From NCBI GenBank assembly GCA_025558095.1, contig JAIVFI010000008.1, positions 791,322-855,321 on the forward strand: a DNA stretch of 64,000 bases. Reading direction: 5' to 3'. This DNA is from Hyaloraphidium curvatum SAG 235-1. Lineage: Eukaryota > Fungi > Monoblepharomycota. Numbering within the stretch: position 1 is the first letter of the stretch; every line of letters starts with the position of its first letter. This document shows, piece after piece, positions 55,783 to 64,000 of this stretch. The notes below the pieces were generated by a model. It searched no databases, was not told the origin of the DNA, and saw only the letters and a list, made by a program, of their open reading frames with translations. The translations under genes were made by a program, and so were the position numbers.

Positions 55783-56796
55783 CTACTTGACGTACGCCAC
55801 CGCGGCGGCGTTCTTCTCCGCAAACACCCCCCCGTCCGCCATCACCGCCTCCTTGGGCACCTCGATCCCCGCGCGGTTCGCGAGCTCCTCCGCCTCGGCC
55901 AGCCTGGCCTTGGCTTTTTCCACCAGCTCCGGGTTCTTTTCTTTGACCTCGGCGACGATCTCCTCCGCGCGCTTCTTGGCGTCCTCCACCTCGGCCTTGG
56001 CGGCGTCGACGGCGCCCTGGGTGGCGGCACCGGCGGCGGTGAGGGTGGCACCGCCGGGGGCGTCCTTGCCCTTGACCTGCGCGCGCGGGGAAGGGAGGTC
56101 AGCCTGGGCGGAACGGGGGCCACGCGACGACGAACCTGCTGGATCGAGTTGATGATGATGATCGGGCTCTCGTCGTACGTCGTGCCGGTGGTCTTGACGA
56201 GGTTCATGGCGACGGGGAGCGTCTTGAGCTGCTCCAGCGAGACGATGATGAGGCCTGTTTCCGGACGTCGGGATCAGCGTCCGCTGCCGGACGGCGGCCC
56301 GCCAAGCGGCTACGGACCGACGTAGTCGTCCTTGGGCGACGCAATGTCCCTGTCCAGCACCTCGATCAGGAACTGCTGCTTGGGGTCCCCGCCCGTGAGC
56401 TTGTTGACGTTGAGCGCGATGGGCGGGAAGTCCGGGTTCTGGTTCTTGAGGATGGCGCGGGAGATGAACTGCTGCTCCCACGACGCCGAGTTGGGCTTCT
56501 TGCGCGAGATGCGGAGGTACGGGTCGATGGTGCCGATGATGTCGAGCTTGGGGAGGTCGCGCAGCGAGACCGAGACGATGATCACGTCGTCGTCGTCGGT
56601 GAAGCCGCCTGCCCCGGCGAGGTTCTGCGCCGCGGGGAGGCGGTGGACCGGGGCAGCGGTGCCGTGCGTTCGCGTGCCGTCGGGGAGCGTCAGCGCAGCC
56701 CATCCCGCGGACAGCCGGTTCGCCCACCAGCTCGGCGTTTGTGTACGTGCCCAGCAGGCGCGCCACGGTCTTGGAGTCGTTGTTCGAGGCCGACAT
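55783..56796 (-). CDS. Single copine-like C2-domain protein with helical Ala/Glu/Lys-rich tail
   Basis: RDLPKLDIIGTIDPYLRI..KNQNPDF..LIEVLDRD..DDYVG; three introns; no vWA domain. Confidence 0.75.
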   Translation of the reverse strand: MSASNNDSKTVARLLGTYTNAELVGEPAVRGMGCADAPRRHANARHRCPGPPPPRGAEPRRGRRLHRRRRRDHRLGLAARPPQARHHRHHRPVPPHLAQEAQLGVVGAAVHLPRHPQEPEPGLPAHRAQRQQAHGRGPQAAVPDRGAGQGHCVAQGRLRRSVAAWRAAVRQRTLIPTSGNRPHHRLAGAAQDAPRRHEPRQDHRHDVRREPDHHHQLDPAGSSSRGPRSAQADLPSPRAQVKGKDAPGGATLTAAGAATQGAVDAAKAEVEDAKKRAEEIVAEVKEKNPELVEKAKARLAEAEELANRAGIEVPKEAVMADGGVFAEKNAAAVAYVK

Positions 56797-57360
56797 CGTC
56801 TGCCGACCGGGAGGGAGTCAGCCCGCGTCCCTGCCGCGCCCGCCGCCATCCCGCCGCGCCGGCCCCTCCTCCGTTCGCGGCGCCGGCACGTGGCCGCAAT
56901 GCTGACCTGAGAGGTGCGGGCGGTGTGGGGTGCGCTGTGCGTTGGTTGGCGGTCGAGGGGTCTGCCGACCGGTCAGGGTCCGCGCGGGGTCCGATCGTCG
57001 TCCGGGATCCACGCGGTTCGCGGGCACACGGGGAATGGAGGAGCGGCCGCGGTCAACGAATCTGGTGGTTGATCGAACGAGCGCGACGATGTGCCCCGAA
57101 TCGGACGATATTACGGGGGCAAGGCACCGGGAGCCGCACCAACGGAGCCCTCGGGTGGCCCGTCGGACCTCAGCGCTCTGGGAGCGATAAAAGAAGGACA
57201 GAAGATGCATGTTCGGATCAGAGACCCCGTACACATTCCCAAGAGTCCCGTGAAGCGAGCCCGCGGCGCCCTGCCGCACACCGTTCCCTCCATCTCCACT
57301 CCCCCTCCATGCGTCCCCAACTCCCCAATCCACCGCCCAAGGATATATCCCTCCCCCTAC

Positions 57361-58485
57361 TCAACCCACGGGTATCCACTTCAGCTCCCCCGTCTCGCTG
57401 TCAAACACCACGTTCGCCCCCGACAGCATCCTCGGCAGCCCCGGCCGCGCCATCCACGCATCCCCCAGCGCCTCCTCCGCCGACGGCCGCTCGGCGGGGC
57501 CCGCGGCCATCAGCCGCTCCACGAACCGGCGGAAATCCGCCGACCCGAGCCCTTCGGGCCACGACCACGACCGCTGCACGATGCGGTCGTAAAGCTCCAC
57601 CATCGTCCCCGCGCTCTCGAACGGCGTGACGCCGCACAGGAGCATGTACCCGATCACGCCGACCGCGTATATGTCGACCTTGACGCCGTAGCCGCCGTCG
57701 GGGCGGTGCACCATCTCGGGGGCGAGGAAGAAGGGGGTGCCCACAAGGGTGTGGAAGCCTGACTGCGAGGGGTCGCCGCGGGGGACGCGGCGGGCGCAGT
57801 CGAAGTCGGTCAGGCAGAGGTCGTCGAATCTGTCCGGGTGTCTGGCAATGTGGGGGGTCAGCCGGGGCTGGCGGGGCGAAGCAGAGGGCGACGGCCACCT
57901 CAGGAGGACGTTCTGCGGCTTGAGGTCGCGGTGCGCGATGCCGCGCGCGTGCAGGTACGCCAGACCAGACAGGATCCGGGCCAGAACAGTCCGTATTTGG
58001 AATTCGGGCAGCCTGCCCCCCCGAGAGACCAGAAACCGCTGCAGATCCGTCGCACAGAGCTCCATGACCGTATACCATTTGTCTTGGGTCTCGAACTGCT
58101 CCACGAGCCTCGGAAGCGCCGGATGGTCCACGCCCTGCAGCAGCTCAAACGCTGCCCTCCGATCCCGCTCGGGCAGCCCGTGTCGCCCCTTCACGACGCA
58201 CTTTATCGCCACGGGCCGGAAGGTGTCCAGGCACAGCGCCGAGCGCACGTGGCCCTCTGTGCCGGCGCCGAGGGTACGCAGCACGCGGTAGCGCCTGCGG
58301 CGTGCGCGGCCGTGGGCAAACACGGCGTCGTCGCCCAGGCTGCCCGAGCTGCGCGAGTCGACGCTGAAGGGCGATAGCGGCGCGCCGTCGGGCGGCGATT
58401 CCCCTGCGGCAGGCGGCGGCGGCGCGCCCGCCCCCGCGCGGCCCGCGAACGCCCACGGCACGCTGGCCGCCGGCGGAGAGGCCAT
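57361..58485 (-). CDS. Ser/Thr protein kinase (CAMK-like), DFG replaced by DFD; paralog of 34530-35888
   Basis: LGAGTEG, VAIK, HRDLKPQN, TDFDC, GTPFFLAPE, DIYAVG; in-frame intron near 57842-57898. Confidence 0.87.
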   Translation of the reverse strand: MASPPAASVPWAFAGRAGAGAPPPPAAGESPPDGAPLSPFSVDSRSSGSLGDDAVFAHGRARRRRYRVLRTLGAGTEGHVRSALCLDTFRPVAIKCVVKGRHGLPERDRRAAFELLQGVDHPALPRLVEQFETQDKWYTVMELCATDLQRFLVSRGGRLPEFQIRTVLARILSGLAYLHARGIAHRDLKPQNVLLRWPSPSASPRQPRLTPHIARHPDRFDDLCLTDFDCARRVPRGDPSQSGFHTLVGTPFFLAPEMVHRPDGGYGVKVDIYAVGVIGYMLLCGVTPFESAGTMVELYDRIVQRSWSWPEGLGSADFRRFVERLMAAGPAERPSAEEALGDAWMARPGLPRMLSGANVVFDSETGELKWIPVG

Positions 58486-59956
58486 CGGTATCGGCGGTGG
58501 TCCGGCCGGTGGATCGGGCTGCGCGTCAGAGCGCAGAGCGCTGGCTGTGCCCACCAGCCAAGCGGGGGGCGGCAAACCGGTGCCGCTTCGGCCATCGGTT
58601 CCCGGGTCACCGGGGCAGCTTAAGGCGGATGGAGGACGAGAAAATCACCTTCAGATATCGGGGAAACTGGGCCGCCCATGTTGGTCCCGGTTCCGTGCGA
58701 CGCAGGGTGGAGGCCGTGCCCCGACAAGCAGGTATGACGCTGTGCTGTCCGGACCGCTTTCCTGCCGAGCCGACGACTTTGGGCCGTCCCGCGATGACCC
58801 GCGGGCCGCGCGCCCTCCCATGGGCAGCCGAACATTGCATTCTTCGCGGGATCACCGGGCCGCCGGCCCTGGGCCGGGCCGTTGGGGGGGTGGCCGTGTG
58901 TCCCGGCACGCAAGTTGCCCCGCCCCGCCGACCGATAAAGGAACCCGGACGCAACGCCCCCGCCATTTTTCCGGCGGGAATCGATGCGGTGGTTCCTGGA
59001 CTTGGCGGAAGGAAGTTCGGGGAGGGGATCGCTGCACCGGACGGATCGGAGAACTCCAGGCCGGAGGACGCCCTCTCGGCGGCCTCGGCATCGTGGTACC
59101 CGTCCGCATCGGCGGAGATCGACGCCCAGGGGATCGTCGGCGCGGAAGCCATCGCCGCCGCCCTCGCGTTCTGCCCCCAATCGGCCATCAGCACCGTGCC
59201 CGCCCGCATGTACGGCCAGGGAGCTGCTCACGATGGTTTGTGAAAACGGCGCGGGCGGTGCGGAGCTTGGCCCTGCCGCCGTCGTCGCCCGAGTCCTCGA
59301 GCGCCTGGTCGGGGGAAGTGCTTGAGACGGGCAGGCGGCGCGGCGGCGGAACGGTGGAGGGCGCGCGGGGGAGGGGCGACAGACGGGGAAAGACGATGGC
59401 GGGGAGGCGGTGCATCGCTGTGGTTGGGTGTGGGACGGGCCGGTTGAGTGGAGGGATGGTTGACGTGGCCCGATGCTCGCTCGCGCGCGCTGGGTAATCC
59501 CGCGGGGCCAAAAGCGAACCTCCAACAGAACCATCCGGGTTGGCGCCATCGTCGGAATGGTGAAGACGGCGACGGCAGCGACGCTGCGGGGCCCCGGAAT
59601 CCCGCCGAGGCGGCGACCGATGAGCGGCGAGTTTTGGCGAGTGGGCCGACGATCCCCGCCTGGATGGGATCCAGCTAGCGATTGGGATGCGCCGGTCATC
59701 GTCCGCCTGGCCGCCCTCCGCACGTTTACGATTTCCTGTCCACCCCCCACGACACTCTCCTGTCACGTCAAATGTGAGGGACGGTGTTGTGACCGGATGT
59801 TGCGGCGGCCGGCCGGCGGCGGCACGAGGCGGTCGGTGGATTCCCCAGCCAGGCGCCGGCGGGAACCAGCCCAACCCAAGTTTGCCGACCGACGATCAGG
59901 CGGGAACCGATCCGAGTCCGGAGATCCGACCCCCGGATTCCCCTCGAATGCCCGCA

Positions 59957-60779
59957 ATGCGCATTGCCGTCGCGGATTTGCTATGCGCGGAGCAGCCCGC
60001 GCGGAAGGAGCGCCGCGCGCGCGGGCTCCGCGCCCCGCCGCCCGCCGCCCCGGGGTCGGCGCACCTCGCGGTGCTGGTGTCGCTCGTCGCGCGCCCGGCG
60101 TCGTTCGCGCCGCGCGTGGACTTCCCGCTCGAGGCGGCGGCGCTGCTGCTGACGGTGGCGACGCACGCGGTGTGGGGCGGCTGCGCCGTGGCGGACCTCA
60201 GGCGGGCGGTGCTCCCCGGCTGCCCGTCCCCCATGCCCACGCTCGCGGATGGGTTGCCGGACCTGGATGCCCTGCTGGACTTCAACGCCTGGTCGTCCGC
60301 CGTGCTCCGCTCTGCCCGCCCGCGCCCCTTTGTCCTCCTCGCCGCCCTGGCGTACCTGGACCGCCTCTCGCGCACGCACCTGCGGGGCAGCCTGGGGAAA
60401 GGCACCGAGCGGCACGCGGCGGCGGCGGCGCTGGTGCTGGCGAGCAAGTGGGCCGACGACGGGCGGGTGAGCAACAGGGCGTGGGAGGGCACGACGGGGC
60501 TGCCGGCGGGGGAGCTGACCAGGCTGGAGGTGGGGTGCCCCAACTGACCCCGGGATCGTCCTCTTGCCTGACCTCCGTTGCGTTCGGCAGGTAGCCTGCG
60601 CGGCGGGGATGGACTGGCGCCTGGCCGTCTCCGAGGCCGACTGCCACCGCCTCATCCGGCACTCGCTCGTCGGCTCGGGCGCCTGGGCGCTGGTCCTGCA
60701 GCTCCTCGGCGACCCGTCGCTGGACGCCTCCGAGGCGGGGCTGCGGAGGATGCTCACGGGCGGGCTGGGGTTCGAATGA
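59957..60779 (+). CDS. PHO80/PCL-type cyclin
   Basis: LLAALAYLDRL..ALVLASKWADD..SNRAW..GL..ELTRLE, intron 60530-60590, then MDWRLAVS. Confidence 0.82.
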
Positions 60780-61038
60780 ACGCGGAGGGGTTGCGGGAAG
60801 GGGGAGAGGGACTCGGCGAGCATCGACAAGGCTTGGCATGGGCTGCACATGGACCCGGGCGGGAAGCACGAGAAAATGATACCTAGAAGTGACTGTACAC
60901 GAGCACAAACGAAACGAGGGACTCGATTCCAGACATTCCACGGGAACCCGGTCGCGGGATCCGTGGCGGGCCACCGGGCCGACTTCCAACCGTCGGAACC
61001 GTAGCCCCCTGTTACACCCGCCCATTCCACCAACCGCG

Positions 61039-62090
61039 ATGTCCGCCGAGGACCCCTTTTCCGCCGCGGTCGCCGTCTCGCGGCATCCTTCTTCGCCGCC
61101 CGGTTCCAACCCGGCGGTATGGACCGGTGTCATCCGCATGCCCGGCCCGGGCAGCGCGACGGCGGCCATCGCCTTCTCCGCGGTGCTCCGCGAGCTCGAG
61201 GCGCAGGGCAGCCCGTGCACGCAGCCGATCAACTTCACCGCGGACATGCTGTCGGGCGTGCGGCTCGGGGATCGGGTCGAGGTGGAGGTGGAGCGGACGC
61301 GCGAGGGCGGGCGGTTCGCGTTCCTGCGCGCCACGCTGTGGAACCTCGGGCAGCCCTCGGCCGCCCAGGGAGGGAGGAAGGCGGCGATAGCCACGTGCTC
61401 GGCGGTGTTCACCAACCCCGCGCGGACGCCCGGCAGCCCGCCGTTCCCCCCCGGCCCCGCGGGCGGCCCTCCCAAACCGCCCGACTTCGACGCGTGCTCG
61501 TCGCTGCAGGAGCTCGCGGCAAAGTACAGGCGGCCGAACGCAGTGGTCAGCGAGACGTGGGACTGGAAGGTCACCCCCGAGTGGGCGGCGCGGTACGGCA
61601 AGGTGGTCGAGGAGGCCGAGGCCGAGGGCAAGGGGGCGGGCCACGTGCGGCGGCGGATCGCCGATTGGGCGCAGTCCTTGGACCACCGGACCGACGGATG
61701 GTACTACTGTGGGTCCCCATGCCCGCGCAACCCGGGGCATGCTGACGCGCGGCCGCAGACCACCTCTCCGGCCGCCCGTGCGACCCCCTCTCGTGCCTCT
61801 TCTTCTCCGACATCATCCCCGCGCGGGGCTTCCTCCTCCTCAACGTCGCCGGCCACCACGACGAGGGCTTCCCCTTCCTCACCCTCCGCTTCTCGATAAG
61901 CTTCATGCAGCCGATCGACACCAATGCGGGGCTGACGAGGGGGCTGTGGGCCAGGCTGAGGTTCAAGGGCGATTTCGGGGACATGGAGGAGCGCGAGGTG
62001 GTGCTGCGCGACGAGCTCGGAAGGCCGGTGTGCGTGGGGAGGCAGGACGTCATTCACCGGCGGCCGCTCGGTGCGGGGGAGAAGCTGTAA
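61039..62090 (+). CDS. Double hot-dog thioesterase-like protein; ends EKL
   Basis: VEVEVERTREGGRFAFLRATL, PPDFDAC, DPLSCLFFSD, LRDELGRPV..GRQ; one short intron near 61709-61758. Confidence 0.7.
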
Positions 62091-62319
62091 CTTTTCTTCA
62101 TTGCTCGGGCCTTCTTCGCTCGGCCATCGCGTAGCGTGGAGGGAGAACGAGTAGAACGAGGTGATCACTGTTCGCAGTAACGGGGCCAAGGTGGTCGCAG
62201 CAACGGGGCCAAGGACGGGGTGGTCTGGGGAAACGGAATCCAGTGGTGTGCCAGCTCGGACCGGATCCGTGAGGTGACGTCTCAAACGAACTTTGACCCG
62301 TTCCCCTCTTGCAGACGCC

Positions 62320-62787
62320 ATGCCCGCGCCGGATGCGCCCATCGCAGATGCCTCCGAACGTCTGCCGACTTTCGTTTTCGACGCCCTGGCACTGGCCGTC
62401 CTCCTCGCCTTTCTGGCCGCCGTCGGTGTGCCGCAGCCATCCCGGCGCGACGACCTCTTCTCCGCGGCCCATCTCGCCTTCGAAGAGGGTGCGCTCGCAC
62501 CGCTGGACGCCGTCGGTGGTCCGGGGGACCTTCTCCTCGCAGTTGCACTGTTCGTCGTTTCGCGGGTCGCGGTGGTGCTCCTGCAGCCCGGCAAGTGCGC
62601 TTTCGAGCTTGCGATTGTCGACGGCAGGTCCGGCTACCCGGTAGGCTGGGCGAGGCGCCTTGCCAGGGAGCTCGTCAAGGGTAACTGGTACCTGTACTAT
62701 GTCGGGATGGTAGTGGACTACTTCTGTGTTGAGCGGGTGATGCAGTGTCACGATGGGGCGCGAAGGCTCCGTGTAGACCTGCGTTGA
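62320..62787 (+). CDS. RDD-family membrane protein
   Basis: RL..F.FD plus TM helices, QPGKCAFELAIVD..G.PVGW.R.LARELVK, CHD..RV. Confidence 0.65.
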   Translation: MPAPDAPIADASERLPTFVFDALALAVLLAFLAAVGVPQPSRRDDLFSAAHLAFEEGALAPLDAVGGPGDLLLAVALFVVSRVAVVLLQPGKCAFELAIVDGRSGYPVGWARRLARELVKGNWYLYYVGMVVDYFCVERVMQCHDGARRLRVDLR

Positions 62788-62793
62788 CGACGT

Positions 62794-63183
62794 TGAGGAG
62801 TCACTACACAGCACTGGGCCTAGTCTTCCCTCGCCGGGGACCACCGTCCCCCTTGCCCCGACGCCGGCGCGTTACATCACTCCCCCCAACCGCCGCGTAG
62901 GACCCGGCTACTTACCTCACCGGCCGCCCTTCCAGCTGCCGTGGACGCCCCCTGCAGCGAACCCGATCCTGAGCCCTGGCCGTCCGAAGAACCTCCAGCA
63001 GAGCCGCCGCCGTTGCCGCGAACGCAAAGATTGACCCAGCGTCGGAATACGGGTTCTATGCCACGCACCAGGGCCGCCGTAAGCCGCTGGCGTGCCGAAG
63101 TCATGAAGAGGGCCCCTAGCACATCGATGTCATCCCCGGGGTCGTCAAGGGCAGGGCCGCGGGGGAAGGCGAGGAGAGAGAGC
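62794..63183 (-). mobile_element. 3' end of a CRE-like retrotransposon (same family as 37185-38208, diverged)
   Basis: LAFPRG..DIDVLGALFMTSARQRLTAALVRG..RRWVNLC aligns with IQYPG..DLDGLYSRFVRRFRERIAVAWALG..QHWLQLC. Confidence 0.65.
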
Positions 63184-63185
63184 TA

Positions 63186-63565
63186 GTACCCTGTTGGGCG
63201 CAGAATCGGCGATTCTGGCAGTCGCCACCAGTCACCAAACGGACGGTGATGGCCACGATCCCGCTCGAATCTGCGTTGGCGGATGAGCTCAAGGACAAGC
63301 TCGCCTCCCGTGGCGTGGTCGTCAACCGTCCTCATCGCGGTTACTTCGAGAATGGGTTCGTGCCCAAAGACACCACACTTGCACGAGCCCTGGACATCAG
63401 GAAAACCTCGACCGACATCGTCATCCGCCGCGTGGGCGCTCGTTCTGACCTCGTCGACGTCACCGTTGTTACCCCCAGCAGCGTCACGGCCTCGTGCTCG
63501 ACGGACTCCTGCAAAGAGACCTCGCTCCTCCGCCGCGGTGTTCAGAAGAAGGCGACGGCCCTTGC
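63186..63565 (+). mobile_element. Inverted RLE-nuclease segment of the same retrotransposon
   Basis: GHD (shifted frame), YFENGF, TDIVI..LVDVTVVTP, RRGVQKK parallel GHD, LLAHGY, GDILI..LLEIKT, RRVEAARK. Confidence 0.7.
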
Positions 63566-63582
63566 CTAACCTAACCTAACCT
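63565..63582 (-). repeat. Inverted interstitial telomeric tract (CCTAA)3CCT
   Basis: Read directly; opposite orientation to the terminal telomere. Confidence 0.9.
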
Positions 63583-63597
63583 GTGGTGGGTACGCCC

Positions 63598-63615
63598 GGG
63601 ATTATGCATAATCCC
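63598..63615. repeat. Perfect 18-bp palindrome GGGATTATGCATAATCCC
   Basis: Equal to its own reverse complement. Confidence 0.9.
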
Positions 63616-63824
63616 TATGCAGACCTCTGCCCTCCTGCCCCCCCCCCTTTGCCCTCCCCCCGTCCTGCACGCAATTCCCCGCGAATCCCCCGGAAACCCC
63701 CGGAGCGGCACCGGATGGAGCTCTGAGCAGCTGCTCCTGGTGGTATCTCAACCACCCCCGGATGAACCCCGCGGGGCCGGGGGCCGGGAGAACCGGGCGA
63801 CCCGGCCGGCGACTCGAAGGCCTC

Positions 63825-64000
63825 TTAGGTTAGGGTTTAGGGTTAGGGTTAGGGTTTAGGTTAGGTTAGGGTTTAGGGTTTAGGTTAGGTTAGGTTAGGT
63901 TAGGTTAGGTTAGGTTAGGTTAGGTTAGGTTAGGTTAGGTTAGGTTAGGTTAGGTTAGGTTAGGTTAGGTTAGGTTAGGTTAGGTTAGGTTAGGTTAGGT
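63825..64000 (+). repeat. Telomere: 60 bp of mixed TTAGG/TTAGGG/TTTAGGG/TTTAGG, then pure (TTAGG)n
   Basis: Variants at 63825-63884; 23 perfect TTAGG units from 63885 to the end of the window. Confidence 0.95.

Noticed and set aside
59954-59967. 14-bp palindrome GCAATGCGCATTGC over the cyclin start codon
   Set aside because: A single short palindrome can occur by chance in 64 kb; no supporting context.
63617-63859. 80-aa ORF running into the telomere
   Set aside because: Low complexity and terminates within telomeric repeats; no evidence that it is coding.
1-64000. The many long Arg/Pro/Gly/Ala-rich ORFs in the track (e.g. 887-2413, 14758-16887, 16817-18982, 46562-48325)
   Set aside because: Shadow ORFs caused by high GC and scarce stop codons; they overlap genes with recognisable motifs in other frames.
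1-64000. Prokaryotic systems (CRISPR arrays, operons, defence islands), rRNA and tRNA genes
   Set aside because: No repeat-spacer arrays or recognisable structural RNAs seen; spliceosomal introns and a telomere show this is eukaryotic DNA.

Overview
This is a eukaryotic chromosome end, not a prokaryotic window. The DNA is very GC-rich and gene-dense. Genes are split by short (mostly 50-80 nt) GT-AG introns with GTGCGT/GTGGGT donors and GCTGAC-type branch points, and the window ends in a telomere (63825-64000). Gene content (hevein/CBM18 domains, WSC-like and Kex2-KR secreted proteins, PCL-type cyclin, fungal TF-MHR-like proteins, F-box and MYND genes) suggests a fungus, possibly an early-diverging chytrid/monoblepharid-like lineage (inference). 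About 30 genes or gene relics can be reconstructed by hand-splicing. Highlights: (1) three adjacent genes that all end in PTS1-type tripeptides: an amidase (SKL), a GFA + bacterial solute-binding-protein fusion (SRL) and an acyl-CoA oxidase (PKL). (2) A TTAGG telomere with TTAGGG/TTTAGGG/TTTAGG variants at its base. (3) A CRE-like RLE non-LTR retrotransposon family, seen as a 5'-truncated copy with a 16-bp TSD and as a 5'-inverted (twin-priming-like) copy joined to an inverted (CCTAA)3 tract next to the telomere. (4) An inverted paralog pair whose last exons are almost identical while introns and 5' parts have diverged. (5) A shared CPH..GEGACxxC + RVxF-type module in three genes. (6) A 4xCBM18 + Ig-like + bacterial-type L-lectin secreted mosaic. 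All domain calls come from motif recognition by eye; no database searches were run.
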